A stretch of 64,000 nucleotides of DNA from an uncultured Acidobacteriota bacterium (GCA_963776755.1 CAVZNW010000002.1:269733-333732), one strand, 5' to 3'; shown: positions 33,385-56,031, numbered from the stretch's first letter. Translations and numbers: made by a program. The notes: generated by a model not told the origin, from the sequence alone.

Positions 33385-33395
33385 TGTTCTTTGAA
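33385..33395 (+). promoter_or_regulatory. boxA-like antitermination element
   Basis: TGTTCTTTGAA in the leader between the promoter and the first tRNA. It resembles rrn boxA (TGCTCTTTAACA in E. coli). Confidence 0.45.
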
Positions 33396-33445
33396 TGCCG
33401 GCTGGGACTCCGTATCGCGGGTTCGCCGTACACGTGTGCGTCGCC

Positions 33446-33521
33446 GCCGGCGTAGCTCAATTGGTAGAGCATCCGATTTGTAATCGGAAGGTTGCGGGTT
33501 CGAGTCCCATCGCCGGCTCCA
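33446..33521 (+). tRNA. tRNA-Thr (TGT)
   Basis: Cloverleaf with GCCGGCG/CGCCGGC acceptor stem, TCCGA-TTTGTAA-TCGGA anticodon arm, TTCGA loop and encoded CCA. Confidence 0.95.
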
Positions 33522-33566
33522 GAGACGTCCCAGCGGCGGGACGGTCAGGTTGTGGTTCCCGAGCAC

Positions 33567-33653
33567 GGGCAGTTGGCCGAGTGGTTAATGGCAGCAGACT
33601 GTAAATCTGCCGCGCTTCGCGCTACGGAGGTTCGAATCCTTCACTGCCCACCA
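33567..33653 (+). tRNA. tRNA-Tyr (GTA)
   Basis: GGGCAGT/ACTGCCC acceptor stem, GCAGA-CTGTAAA-TCTGC anticodon arm, long variable arm and CCA. Confidence 0.96.
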
Positions 33654-33676
33654 TTCGATCAGCGAGTCGCAAAAGC

Positions 33677-33751
33677 GCGGGAGTAACTCAGGGGTAGAGT
33701 CACAGCCTTCCAAGCTGTTGGTCGCGGGTTCGAATCCCGTCTCCCGCTCCA
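33677..33751 (+). tRNA. tRNA-Gly (TCC)
   Basis: GCGGGAG/CTCCCGC acceptor stem, ACAGC-CTTCCAA-GCTGT anticodon arm and CCA. Confidence 0.96.
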
Positions 33752-33758
33752 TCGGCGA

Positions 33759-33850
33759 GAAATCGGGAAGCGGAAATCGGTCATCGAGAGAAGAGAGACG
33801 ACAGAGTCATGCCGCAGCGAGTTCGATCGCCGATTCCCGATTTCCGATTC
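33759..33850. repeat. Short inverted heptamer-like repeats in the tRNA-Gly to tRNA-Thr spacer
   Basis: GAAATCGGGAAGCGGAAATCGG (about 33759-33780) is complementary to CCGATTCCCGATTTCCGATTC (about 33830-33850). Confidence 0.55.
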
Positions 33851-33863
33851 ACGGATCGGAAGC

Positions 33864-33939
33864 GCCCACGTAGCTCAGTCGGTAGAGCACGTCCTTGGTA
33901 AGGACGAGGTCACCAGTTCAATCCTGGTCGTGGGCTCCA
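33864..33939 (+). tRNA. tRNA-Thr (GGT)
   Basis: GCCCACG/CGTGGGC acceptor stem, GTCCT-TGGTA-AGGAC in the anticodon arm and CCA. Confidence 0.96.
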
Positions 33940-33983
33940 GAGGTCGCAACGGCGAGCGCGTAGGGCGTAGGGTGAGGGACGAG

Positions 33984-35184
<1,201 letters not shown>

Positions 35185-35196
35185 GGGGGCGCGACG

Positions 35197-35352
35197 ATGC
35201 GGGAAAACATTCAGTCTGGCGTGTGCGCGAGTGCAAGCGGCGCAACTACACGACGACGAAGAACAAGAAGACCAACACCGAGAAGCTCGAGCTGTCGCAA
35301 GTACTGCCGCTTCTGCCGGAAGCACACGGCGCACAAGGAAGGCAAGGTCTAG
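35197..35352 (+). CDS. rpmG: 50S ribosomal protein L33 (Zn-binding C+ type)
   Basis: Reconstructed [37 protein letters not shown]. Confidence 0.88.
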   Translation: MRENIQSGVCASASGATTRRRRTRRPTPRSSSCRKYCRFCRKHTAHKEGKV

Positions 35353-35364
35353 GACGGATCCGAT

Positions 35365-35440
35365 AGGGGTGTAGCTCAATTGGTAGAGCGGCGGTCTCCA
35401 AAACCGGAGGTTGGGGGTTCGAATCCCTCCTCCCCTGCCA
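35365..35440 (+). tRNA. tRNA-Trp (CCA)
   Basis: AGGGGTG...CTCCCCTGCCA, CTCCAAA anticodon loop and canonical position before secE. Two stem mismatches are present. Confidence 0.9.
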
Positions 35441-35446
35441 TAGCCG

Positions 35447-35713
35447 ATGGAGCGACGGGATATCGAGCAGAGCGAACAGGCGATGATGCCGATCAAAGAA
35501 TGGTGGCCAACGGACGCGAGACTTCTTCCGCGACGTGTGGTCCGAGATCGAAGAAGGTCACGCTGGCCCGGCCGGACGAGGTCGTCGGGCACGACGGTCG
35601 TCGTGATCGTCGCCGTGCTTCTGTTCGGCTTCTACCTGTTCCTGGTCGACAGCGGGCTCGTCCTGGCTCGTCGACAAGGTCTATCCGGGCCGTCGGGAGT
35701 CGTCGGCGCATGA
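35447..35713 (+). CDS. secE: Preprotein translocase subunit SecE (frameshifted)
   Basis: Reconstructed [37 protein letters not shown], between tRNA-Trp and nusG. Confidence 0.85.
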   Translation: MERRDIEQSEQAMMPIKEWWPTDARLLPRRVVRDRRRSRWPGRTRSSGTTVVVIVAVLLFGFYLFLVDSGLVLARRQGLSGPSGVVGA

Positions 35714-36262
35714 TCGACCGACGACGAAGGCGCAAGAGCTGGTACATCGTCCACACCTACTCGGGCTTCGAGGAGCGGGTGCGGGAGAACCTGCGGCAGC
35801 GCATCGAGGCGCTCGGGCATGCAGGACGACGTTCGGCGAGATCCGGATCCCGACCGAGACGGTCGTCGAGATGAAGGGCGGCAAGAGCGCGAGATCCAGC
35901 GCAAGTTCTTCCCCGGCTACATCCTCGTCGAGATGGAGATGTCCGACGAGGCCTGGCACCTGGTCAAGAACACGCCCAAGGTGACCGGCTTCGTCGGCTC
36001 CGGCAAGAAGCCGACGCCGCTGACCGCAGGAGGAGGTCGACCAGATCCTCCACCAGGTCGACGTCGACGAAGGAGAAGCCGAAGCCGAAGCACACGTTCG
36101 AGAAGGGCGAGCACGGTCCGGATCACGGACGGGCCGTTCACCAATTTCACCGGCGTGGTCGAGGAGGTCAACCTCGACCGCTCGACGCTGAAGGTCATGG
36201 TCACGATCTTCGGCCGCTCGACCCCGGTGGAGCTCGAGTTCCTCCAGGTCCAGAAGCTGTAA
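35710..36262 (+). CDS. nusG: Transcription termination/antitermination factor NusG
   Basis: [44 protein letters not shown] and [12 protein letters not shown]. Confidence 0.96.
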
Positions 36263-36279
36263 GCGAGGAAGACGAGCGC

Positions 36280-36707
36280 ATGGCGAAGAAAATCACCGGT
36301 TACGTCAAGCTGCAGATCCCGGCCGGCAAGGCGACGCCGGCGCCGCCGGTCGGCCCGGCGCTCGGCCAGCAGGGCGTCAACATCATGGACTTCTGCAAGA
36401 ACTTCAACGCGAAGACCGCGAAGCACGAAGGGCCTGATCATCCCGGTCGTCATCACGGTCTACTCGGACCGCTCCTACACGCTTCATCACGAAGACGCCG
36501 CCGGCGTCGATCCTGCTGCTGAAGGCGGCGGGCGTCGCGAAGGGCTCGGGCGACGCCGAACAAGGACGAAGGTCGGCAAGGTCACGAAGGAGCAGGTCGA
36601 GGAGATCGCGAAGACCAAGATGCCGGACCTGAACGCGGCGGACCTCGCCGGCGGCGATCCGGATCGTCGAGGGCACCGCGCGCTCGATGGGCATCGAGGT
36701 CGTTTAA
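36280..36707 (+). CDS. rplK: 50S ribosomal protein L11
   Basis: [38 protein letters not shown] and [10 protein letters not shown]. Confidence 0.96.
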
Positions 36708-36801
36708 GGCATTCGAATCACGGTTCCGGCGAGTCGCGCTCACGGCACGGAGTCGGAGACTCGAGCCGCGACGCGGATCGTTTGCACGACGAAGGAGGAC
36801 G

Positions 36802-37506
36802 ATGGCCAAGAGCGGCAAGAAGTTCCTGGCGGCCAAGGCGAAGGTCGAGAGCGCGCCCCTACCCGCTGCCCGAGGCGGTCACGCTGCGTCGCGCAGACGT
36901 GCGTTACGCCAAGTTCGACGAGACCGTCGAGGTCGCGATGCGGCTCGGCGTCGACCCGAAGCACGCCGACCAGATGGTGCGCGGCACGGTCGTCCTCCCG
37001 CACGGCACCGGCAAGTCCAAGCGCGTGCGCGGTCATCGCCTCGCGGCGAGAAGATCAAGGAGGCCGCAGGAGGCCGGCGCCGACCTCGTCGGGGCGCGAG
37101 GACCTGGTCGAGAAGATCCAGGGCGGCTTGCTCGACTTCGAGGCGGTCGTCGCGACCCCGGACATGATGCGGCTCGGTCGGCAAGCTCGGCAAGGTGCTC
37201 GGGCCCGCGCGGCCTGATGCCGAACCCGAAGACCGGCACCGTCACGTTCGACGTCGGCAAGGCCGTCCAGGAGATCAAGGCCGGCAAGGTCGAGTTCCGC
37301 GTCGACAAGACGGCGATCATCCACGCCCCGATCGGCAAGATCTCCTTCGACGAGAAGAAGCTCGAGGAGAACGCCGCGGCGCTCATCAAGGCGGTGCTCA
37401 AGGCGAAGCCCGCGGCGGCCAAGGGCAAGTACTTCCGGACCGTCTCCATCTCTTCGACGATGGGCCCGGGCGTCGAGATCGACACGACGTCGATCGGGCC
37501 GCGTAA
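36802..37506 (+). CDS. rplA: 50S ribosomal protein L1
   Basis: [47 protein letters not shown] and STMGPG. Confidence 0.96.
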
Positions 37507-37525
37507 GGCGAGTGAGGAGACGACG

Positions 37526-38088
37526 ATGAACCGCACCGAAAAAGCAGAAGCTGCGTCGAGGCCCTCGCGAGCGGCCTGGCGCAGGCCTCGAACGCGTTCC
37601 TGTTCGAGTTCACGGGGCTCACGGTGCCCGAGGTGACCGAGCTGCGCCGCCAGGTCCGGGGCACGCGAGTCGACGTACCTCGTCGTCAAGAACACGCTCG
37701 CCCTGCGGGCGATCGAGGGCACAGCCCTCGAGGCGCTCAGCGAGCACTTCACCGGCGCCGACCGCGGTGGCGTACAACCGAGGCGACGCCGGTCGCGCTC
37801 GCCAAGGTCGCTGACGACCTTCGCGCAAGGACGAACCCGAACCTGCGTGTTCAAGGGCGGCCTCGTCGACGGGCAGGCCGGTCGCCGGCGACCGAGATCA
37901 AGACGATCGCCGAGCTGCCGAGCCGCGAGGAGCTCGTCGTCGAAGCTGCTCTTCCTCATGCAGTCGCCGATGCGGCGCCTCGTGACGGTGTTGACGGGCC
38001 GATCCGCAACCTCGCGGTGCGTGCTCGAGCCAGATCGCGGAGCAGAAAGTCGAAATCCGGGCCGGCCGACGCCGCGCCTGCGAATTGA
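37526..38088 (+). CDS. rplJ: 50S ribosomal protein L10
   Basis: [26 protein letters not shown] and LPSREEL. Confidence 0.9.
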
Positions 38089-38120
38089 GTTTGCAACGAA
38101 GAATGAGGAGAGAGAAGATC

Positions 38121-38504
38121 ATGGCGATGACCGCAGAGAACTTCGTCAAGGAAATCGAGGGGATGACGGTCCTCGAGCTCAACACCCTCGTCAAGGCGCT
38201 CGAGGAGAAGTTCGGCGTCTCGGCCGCGGCGATGGCGATGCCGGTGGCGGCGGCCGGCGCCGGCGGCCGCCGCGGCCCCGGCCGAGGAAGAGCAGACCGA
38301 GTTCACCGTCATCCTCGGCCGCGGCCGGCGACAAGATCAACGACGATCAAGGTCGTCCGCGAGGTCACGAGCCTCGGCCTCAAGGAGGCCAAGGACCTCG
38401 TCGACGGCGCCCCGGCGACGCTCAAGGAAGGCGTCTCCAAGGACGAGGCCGCCACGATCAAGAAGAAGTTCGAGGAAGTCGGCGCCAAGGTGGAGATCAA
38501 GTAG
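38121..38504 (+). CDS. rplL: 50S ribosomal protein L7/L12
   Basis: [43 protein letters not shown] and [10 protein letters not shown]. Confidence 0.96.
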   Translation: MAMTAENFVKEIEGMTVLELNTLVKALEEKFGVSAAAMAMPVAAAGAGGRRGPGRGRADRVHRHPRPRPATRSTTIKVVREVTSLGLKEAKDLVDGAPATLKEGVSKDEAATIKKKFEEVGAKVEIK

Positions 38505-38650
38505 ATCGTCGGACTCGGGAAGACCGTGTTGTCTGATGCCGCCCCCGGTGAGGACGGGCGGTCCGCCCGGCGTCCGCGTCCTCGGTCGTGCCTCAGTTGC
38601 GAGGGCGCGAAGCGTCCCTCGCGCTGACAGGAGAGTCTGAATGACTGACA

Positions 38651-42943
<4,293 letters not shown>

Positions 42944-43014
42944 AGGATCTCGAATCGGGCGCAGCGTCTCACTGGATAGCGTGCTGCGACAGCGCTCAGC
43001 GAGCGCCAAGCGGC

Positions 43015-47237
<4,223 letters not shown>

Positions 47238-47263
47238 CGTCGAAGTCCCCAGGTCTCGATTGC

Positions 47264-47293
47264 ACGGGGCCCGCGACGGGCCCCGTTTCGTTT
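47264..47293 (+). terminator. Intrinsic terminator after rpoC
   Basis: Stem ACGGGGCCC (47264-47272) / GGGCCCCGT (47278-47286) with a 5 nt loop, followed by TTCGTTT. Confidence 0.7.
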
Positions 47294-47458
47294 GGCCCGC
47301 CGAGCCGGGTTTCGTTACTTCGGCTCTACAGCGAAATAGGCCCGCGCCTTCGACGGTCTCGCATATACTCGCGCGTCCCCGGTCCGGGCGGCCGGTCCGG
47401 GAACGCGCGGCGGCCGAGCCCGGATGCGGGGAAGTCGCTCAGGGGCAGGGGTTTTCGC

Positions 47459-47487
47459 TTGACAGACCCCCCTCCGGCGCGTACGAT
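47459..47487 (+). promoter_or_regulatory. Sigma70 promoter of the str operon
   Basis: TTGACA (47459-47464), a 17 nt spacer and TACGAT (47482-47487). Confidence 0.8.
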
Positions 47488-47614
47488 TCGCGGGTTTTTC
47501 CTCTGGACTCGGGCGAGCCGGTGGGCCTGTCTCGCCGATCCGAAGTAAAGCGGTTTACGGTCGATCTCGGGTCCTTCCACGGCTCCGGGGGACTCGGGGA
47601 GATCAGGAGAGTCG

Positions 47615-47993
47615 ATGCCGACAATTTCTCAGCTCGTCCGGAAGGGCCGCGAGCGGCTCGCGGTGAAGACCGCGTCGCCCGCCCTGCAGCGCTCGCCCGC
47701 AGAAGCGCGGCGTCTGCACGCGCGTCTACACCACGACGCCGAAGAAGCCGAACTCGGCGCTGCGCAAGGTCGCGCGCGTGCGCCTGACGAACGGGATCGA
47801 GGTCACGACCTACATCCCGGGCGTCGGCCACAACCTCCAGGAGCACTCGATCGTGCATGATCCGCGGCGGCCGCGTGAAGGACCTGCCCGGGCGTCCGCT
47901 ACCACGTCATCCGCGGAACGCTCGACGCGGTCGGCGTCGCCGAACCGCAAGCAGGGCCGTTCCAAGTACGGCGCCAAGCGCCCGAAGGCTTAA
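47615..47993 (+). CDS. rpsL: 30S ribosomal protein S12
   Basis: [38 protein letters not shown] and [10 protein letters not shown]. Confidence 0.97.
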
Positions 47994-48003
47994 GGACAAG
48001 ACG

Positions 48004-48476
<473 letters not shown>

Positions 48477-48517
48477 CGCCGAAACCGAACGAACCGAAAC
48501 AGCACTTCACTCAAACC

Positions 48518-50620
48518 ATGCCGCGCACACACTCCTCTCAAAGACACCCGCAACATCGGCATCATGGCGCACATCGACGCCGGGAAGACGACGACGACCG
48601 AGCGCATCCTCTATCTACACCGGCGTCAACTACAAGATCGGCGAGGTCCACGAAGGCACCGCGACGATGGACTGGATGGTCCAGGAGCAGGAGCGCGGCA
48701 TCACGATCACGTCGGCCGCGACGACCTGCTTCTGGAAGCGACATCCGCATCAACATCATCGACACGCCCGGGCCACGTCGACTTCACGGCCGAGGTCGAG
48801 CGCTCGCTGCGCGTCCTCGACGGCGCGGTCGCCGTCTTCGACGCGGTCGCCGGCGTCGAGCCGCAGTCCGAGACCGTCTGGCGCCAGGCCAACCGCTACG
48901 GCGTCCCGCGCATCGCCTTCGTCAACAAGATGGACCGCATCGGCGCCGACTTCCCGCGCTGCGTCGAGATGATGAAGACGAAGCTGAACGCCAAGCCCGC
49001 GCCCGATCCAGATCCCCTGGGGCACCGAGGCGAGCTCACGCGGCATCATCGACCTCGTCGAGATGAAGGCGCATCGAGTTCCAGGACGACGACGCTCAGG
49101 GCTCGAAGTTCGACATCGCTCGACATCCCGGCCGACATGCAGGACGAGGCCGACAAGTACCGCGAGAATGCTCATCGAGGCGGTCGCCGAGACCGACGAC
49201 GCCCTGCTCGAGAAGTACCTCCACGGCGGCAAGGTCGACCGGCCGAGGAGATCAAGGCCGCCCTGCGCCGGGCGACGATCGCGGGCCACGTCCAGCCGGT
49301 CATCTGCGGCTCCGCCTTCAAGAACAAGGGCGTCCAGCAGCTGCTCGACGCGGTCGTCGACTACCTCCCGTCGCCCCTCGACGTCCCGCCGATCAAGGGC
49401 CACGACGACGTCGGCGCGGAGCTCGAGCGCCCGGCCGTCCGACGACGCGCCCGTTCTCGGCCCTCGATCTTCAAGATCATGACCGACCCGTTCGTCGGCC
49501 AGCTCGCCTTCTTCCGCGTCTACTCCGGCCACCTCGACGCCGGATCGCGGCGTCTACAACTCGACCAAGGACACGACGCGAGCGCATCGGCCGCTCCTGA
49601 AGATGCACGCCAACAAGCGCGAGGAGATCAAGGAGGTCTGGGCCGGCGACATCGCCGCGGCCGTCGGGCCTGAAGAACGTCCCGACCGGCGACACGATCT
49701 GCGACGAGGACAACCCGGTCATCCTCGAGGCGATGAACTTCCCCGAGCCCGGTCATCGCGGTCGCGATCGAGCCGAAGACCAAGGCCGACCAGGAAAAGA
49801 TGGGCATGGCGCTCGCCAAGCTCATGCAGGAAGACCCGACCTTCAAGGTCCACACGGACAAGGAGACGGGCCAGACGATCATCCGCGGCATGGGCGAGCT
49901 GCACCTCGAGATCATCATCGGACCGCATGGTGCGCGAGTTCAACGTCGGCGCCAACGTCGGCAAGCCCCAGGTCGCCTACCGCGAGGCGATCACGAAGGA
50001 AGCCGAGGGCCACGGCCGGTTCATCCGCCAGACCGGCGGCCGCGGCCAGTACGGCGACGTGCAAGATCCGCATCAAGCCCGGCCGAGGAAGGCCACGACT
50101 TCGTCTTCGAGAACGAGATCAAGGGCGGCGCGATCCCGAAGGAGTTCATCAAGCCGATCGAGCAGGGGATCAAGGAAGCGCTCGAGACGGGCATCCTCGC
50201 CGGCTACCCGACGACGGGCGTCCACGTCGAGCTCTACGACGGCTCGTACCACGACGTCGACTCCTCGGAAATGGCCTTCAAGATCGCCGGCTCGCATGGC
50301 CTACCAGGACGCCGCCAAGAAGGCCAAGCCGATCCTCAAGGAGCCGATCATGGACGTCGAGGTCGTCGTCCCCGAGGACTACATGGGCGACGTCATCGGC
50401 GACCTCAACTCGCGCCGCGGGCACATCAAGCACATGGAGCCGCGCGGCGGGCGTGCAGGTCATCACGGCGCGCGTGCCGCTGTCGGAGATGTTCGGCTAC
50501 TCGACCAACCTGCGCTCCATGACGCAGGGCCGCGGCAACTACACGATGCAGTTCGCCGCCTACGACGAGGTCCCGCAGACCGTCAGCGAAGAGATCATCG
50601 CCAAGGTCGGCAGCAAGTAA
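48518..50620 (+). CDS. fusA: Elongation factor G
   Basis: [68 protein letters not shown] and LRSMTQGRG. Confidence 0.98.
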
Positions 50621-50651
50621 CGCTTCGGTCGTTCGAGATTGGTGAGGAGCG

Positions 50652-51845
<1,194 letters not shown>

Positions 51846-51881
51846 TCGAATCGAGAGCGCTCAAGAGCAGCGAGCGAGCAC

Positions 51882-52206
51882 ATGGCCGAAGAACGACAAG
51901 ATCCGGATCCGCCTCAAGGCGTTCGACTACCGGATCCTCGACCAGTCGGCGACGCGAGATCGTCGACACGGCGAGGCGCACCGGGCGCGAAGGTCGCGGG
52001 CCCGATTCCGCTGCCGACGGCCGATCTCGCGCTACACGGTCAACCGCTCGCCGCACGTGGACAAGAAGTCGCGCGAGCAGTTCGAGATGCGGACGCACAA
52101 GCGGCTGCTCGACATCCTCGAGCCGACGTCGCAGACGGTGGACGCGCTGATGAAGCTCGAGCTGCCGGCCGGCGTCGACGTCGAGATCAAGGCCTTCGGG
52201 AAGTAA
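51882..52206 (+). CDS. rpsJ: 30S ribosomal protein S10
   Basis: [39 protein letters not shown] and [10 protein letters not shown]. Confidence 0.96.
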
Positions 52207-52220
52207 GAGTCGAGCGAGCG

Positions 52221-52877
52221 ATGGCCGTACACGGCATCATCGGCAAGAAGGTGGGCATGACCCAGATCTTCGACGGCCGGACGGCACGGTCGTGCCGGTC
52301 ACGGTCGTCCAGGCCGGGCCCGTGCCTCGTCGTCCAGAAGAAGACCGCCGACAAGGACGGCTACGACGCCGTCCAGATCGGCCTCGTCGGCGCGCGGCCG
52401 GACCGCCGCGCCAACAAGGCGGCGCAGGGGCCACTTCGAGAAGGCCGGCGTCGCGCCGATGCGGACGCTCATGGAAGTGCGAGGCCGACAAGGGCGACGA
52501 GCTGAAGCCCGGCGACAAGGTCCTCTGCGACATCGTTCGCCGAGAAGGACCACGTCGACGTCATCGGCACCTCCAAGGGCAAGGGCTTCCTGGGCGTCAT
52601 CGCGCGCCACGACTTCCGCGGCGGCGCGCGCGACGCACGGCTCGATGTTCCACCGCGCGCCGGGCTCGATCGGCCCGTCGGCCTTCCCGTCGCGCGTCTA
52701 TCCCGGCACGCGCTCCTCGGGCCGGCTGGGCGGCCGGCAGTCGACGACCAAGAACCTCGTCGTCGTGCGCGTCGACGCCGAGAAGAACCTCCTCTACATC
52801 TCGCGGCGCGGTCCCGGGCGCCCGGAACTCGATCGTGAAGATCGTGCGCTCGAGCTTCGCGCAAGAAGAAGGCGTAA
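52221..52877 (+). CDS. rplC: 50S ribosomal protein L3
   Basis: [39 protein letters not shown] and VDAEKNLL. Confidence 0.95.
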
Positions 52878-52882
52878 GACGC

Positions 52883-53519
52883 ATGGCCAAGATCCCCGTC
52901 ATGGAACTGGAAGAAGGAGCAGGTCGGGCGAGGTCGACCTGCCCGCCGGACGTCTTCGCCTATCCGTACCGCAAGCACCTCGTGTGGGAGGTCGTCAAGG
53001 CGTACCTCGCGGGCCAGCGCGCCGGCACCCACAAGACGAAGGTTCGCTCCGAGGTCTCCGGCTCCGGCAAGAAGCCCTTCAAGCAGAAGGGCACGGGCCG
53101 CGCCCGGCAGGGCGGCGGCCGTCCGCCGATCCACCGCCACGGCGGCACCGTCCACGGCCCCGTGCCGCGCTCGCTACGCGCAGGACGTGTCCGTCGGCGA
53201 GAAGAAGAACGCGCTCAAGGCGGTCCTCTCGCGCCGCGCCGCGGAAGAGCGGATCGTCGTCATCGACAGGCTCGACGTCGCGAGCACCAAGACGAAGGAC
53301 CTCGTCACGGCGCATCGGCGCGCTCGGCATCGAGGGCAAGACGCTCTTCGTCGACGCCCGCGGCAACGACGAACTTCGTCGCGGGCCTCGCGCAACGTCA
53401 AGGCGTGGAAGCTCGTCGACCCGCTCGGCGTCAACGTCTACGACGTCCTCGCTCACGGCACGCTCGTGCTCACCAAGCAGGCGCTCTCGCGCGTGGTCGA
53501 GAACCTGGGAGGCGAGTGA
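52883..53519 (+). CDS. rplD: 50S ribosomal protein L4
   Basis: [37 protein letters not shown] and NVYDVL. Confidence 0.95.
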
Positions 53520-53811
53520 TGGATGCGCAGCAGGATCATCCGCCGGCCCCTCATCACCGAGAAGGCCGACGCGGCTGAAGGAAGCGTCGAACACGGTCTG
53601 CTTCGAGGTCGACACGCGGCGCCAACAAGATCGAGGTTCGCCGCGCCGTCGAGAAGCTCTTCGGGGTCAAGGTGCGTCGACGTCCGCGTCGCCAACCGTG
53701 CACGGCAAGATGAAGCGCATGGGCCGGTTCGTCGGCCAGCGCACGGCCTGGAAAAAGGCCTACGTCCGGCTCGCGCCGGACCAGAAGATCGAGTTCTTCG
53801 AGGGCGTGTAA
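53519..53811 (+). CDS. rplW: 50S ribosomal protein L23
   Basis: [27 protein letters not shown] and WKKAYVRL. Confidence 0.93.
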
Positions 53812-54650
53812 TGGCAGCCTCAAGAAGTTCAAACCGACCTCCGCCGGGCGTCCGGTTCCAGACGACGCTCGACTTCGAGGAGCTCTCGCACGGTCCGCCC
53901 GGAGAAGCGCCTGACGGTCGGACTGCGCACGACCGGCGGCCGCAACAACCAGGGCCGGACGACCTCCCGCTTCATGGGCGGCGGCCACAAGCGGCGCTAC
54001 CGCGATCATCGACTTCCGGCGCGACAAGCAGGACATCCCGGCGAAGGTCGCCTCGATCGAGTACGACCCGAACCGCTCGGCGCGGATCGCGCTGCTGCAC
54101 TACGCCGACGGCGAGAAGCGCTACATCCTCGCGCCCAACGGCCTCGCGGTCGGCGCCACGGTGGTGTCGGGCCCGACGGCCGACATCCTGCCGGGCAACG
54201 CGCTGCCGCTGAAGGCGATCCCGCTCGGCACGACGATCCACAACATCGAGCTGACGCCGCGGCAAGGGCGGCCAGCTCGTGCGGTCGGCCGGCGCGGCCG
54301 CGCAGCTGATGGCCAAGGAAGGCGACGTACGCGCAGGTGCGCCTGCCCTCGGGCGAGGTGCGCGAGGTCCACATCGAGTGCTACGCGACGATCGGCCAGG
54401 TCGGCAACCTCGAGCACGAGAACGTCTCGATCGGCAAGGCCGGCCGCAACCGCTGGCTCGGCTGGCGGCCGCACAACCGCGGCGTCGTCGATGAACCCGG
54501 TCGACCACCCGATGGGCGGCGGCGAGGGCAAGACCTCCGGCGGCCGCCACCCGACCTCGCCGTGGGGCTGGAAGACCAAGGGCATGAAGACCCGCAACAA
54601 CAAGCGCACCGACGGATTCATCGTCCGCCGGCGCAAGTCGAAGGTCATAA
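53811..54650 (+). CDS. rplB: 50S ribosomal protein L2
   Basis: [45 protein letters not shown] and DHPMGGGEG. Confidence 0.96.
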
Positions 54651-54653
54651 CCG

Positions 54654-54999
54654 ATGGCACGTTCGATCAAGAAGGGCCCGTTCGTCGACGACCACCTCAT
54701 CAAGAAGGTGGCAGCGCTGAACGCGACCCGCGAGAAGAAGGTCGTCAAGACCTGGTCGCGGCGCTCGACGATCATCCCCGACATGGTCGGGCACACGATC
54801 GCCGTGCACAACGGCACGCAAGTTCATCCCGGTGTACGTCACCGAGAACATGGTCGGCCACAAGCTCGGCGAGTTCGCGCCGACCCGGATCTTCAAGGGC
54901 CACGGCGGCAAGAAGGCGGCGGAGGCCGGCGCGGCGGTCGCCGGAAAGCCGGTCTCGGCTCCGGGCGCGGCCCCGGCCGCGGCCGCGCCGAAGGCTTGA
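54654..54999 (+). CDS. rpsS: 30S ribosomal protein S19 with an Ala/Pro-rich C-terminal extension
   Basis: [21 protein letters not shown] and [16 protein letters not shown], then [27 protein letters not shown]. Confidence 0.95.
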
Positions 55000-55006
55000 G
55001 GAAGCG

Positions 55007-55348
55007 ATGAAGGCCACCGCGAGACTCCGGTACATGAAGGGCTCCGCGCAGAAGGTGCGCCTGGTGGCCGACCTCGTCCGCGGCAAGTCGGTCAACGACG
55101 CGGTCGCGATCCTGCGCCACGCGAAGAAGGTCGCTGCGCGCGACCTCCTGAAGACCCTGCGCTCGGCCGTCGCCAACGCCGAGCAGAAGGAAGCGCACGC
55201 TCGACGTCGACCAGCTCGTGCGTCCGCAAGATCACGGTCGACAAGGGTCCGCAGGAGAAGCGCGTCCGGCCGGCGCCGATGGGCCGCGCGCTTCCGCGTC
55301 CTCCACCGCAAGAGCCACGTGACGATCGAACTCTCGGACGAGGCGTAA
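55007..55348 (+). CDS. rplV: 50S ribosomal protein L22
   Basis: [31 protein letters not shown] and SHVTIEL. Confidence 0.95.
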   Translation: MKATARLRYMKGSAQKVRLVADLVRGKSVNDAVAILRHAKKVAARDLLKTLRSAVANAEQKEAHARRRPARASARSRSTRVRRRSASGRRRWAARFRVLHRKSHVTIELSDEA

Positions 55349-55356
55349 GGAGCACC

Positions 55357-56015
55357 ATGGGTCAGAAAGTCCATCCCTACGGATTCCGGCTCGGCTTCAA
55401 CCGGACCTGGCACTCGCGCTGGTTCTCGGAGAAGGACTACCTGAAGCTCCTGCACGACGACCTGCAAGCTGCGCAAGGAGCTGAAGCGGCGCCTGTCGCA
55501 CGCCGGCGTGTCCGAGATCGACATCGAGCGCTTCGCCGGGCAAGCTCAAGGTCAACATCCAGACCGTCGCGGCCGGGGATCATCATCGGCAAGCGCGGCG
55601 CCGAGGTGGACAAGCTCCGCGACGAGCTCCAGAAGCGGACCGGCACGCGAGGTCCACATCAACATCATCGAGATCCAGCGCCCCGAGACGGACGCCCAGC
55701 TCGTCGCCGAGTCGATCGCCATGCAGCTCGAGCGCCGCGTCGCGTTCCGCCGCGCGATGAAGAAGGGCGATCGAGTCGGCGTTCCGCTTCGGCGCCCAGG
55801 GGATCAAGATCCGCTGCGCCGGCCGCCTGAACGGCGCCGAGATCGCGCGCTCCGAGTGGTACCAGGAGGGGCGCCTGCCGCTCCACACGCTCAAGGCCGA
55901 CATCGACTACGGCTTCGCCGAGGCGAACACGACGTACGGGAAGATCGGCGTGAAGGTCTGGATCTACCGCGGCGAGCAGCACAAGGCCAAGAACCGCCGC
56001 AAGAGCGCGGCGTAA
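55357..56015 (+). CDS. rpsC: 30S ribosomal protein S3
   Basis: [47 protein letters not shown] and [10 protein letters not shown]. Confidence 0.96.
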
Positions 56016-56031
56016 GGCGAGAGTGTCCGTC

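Noticed and set aside
47364-47410. TATACT plus a hairpin upstream of the str promoter as a separate small RNA gene
   Set aside because: There is no matching -35, no terminator and no recognisable RNA family. It could be a secondary promoter, but the sequence alone does not support it.
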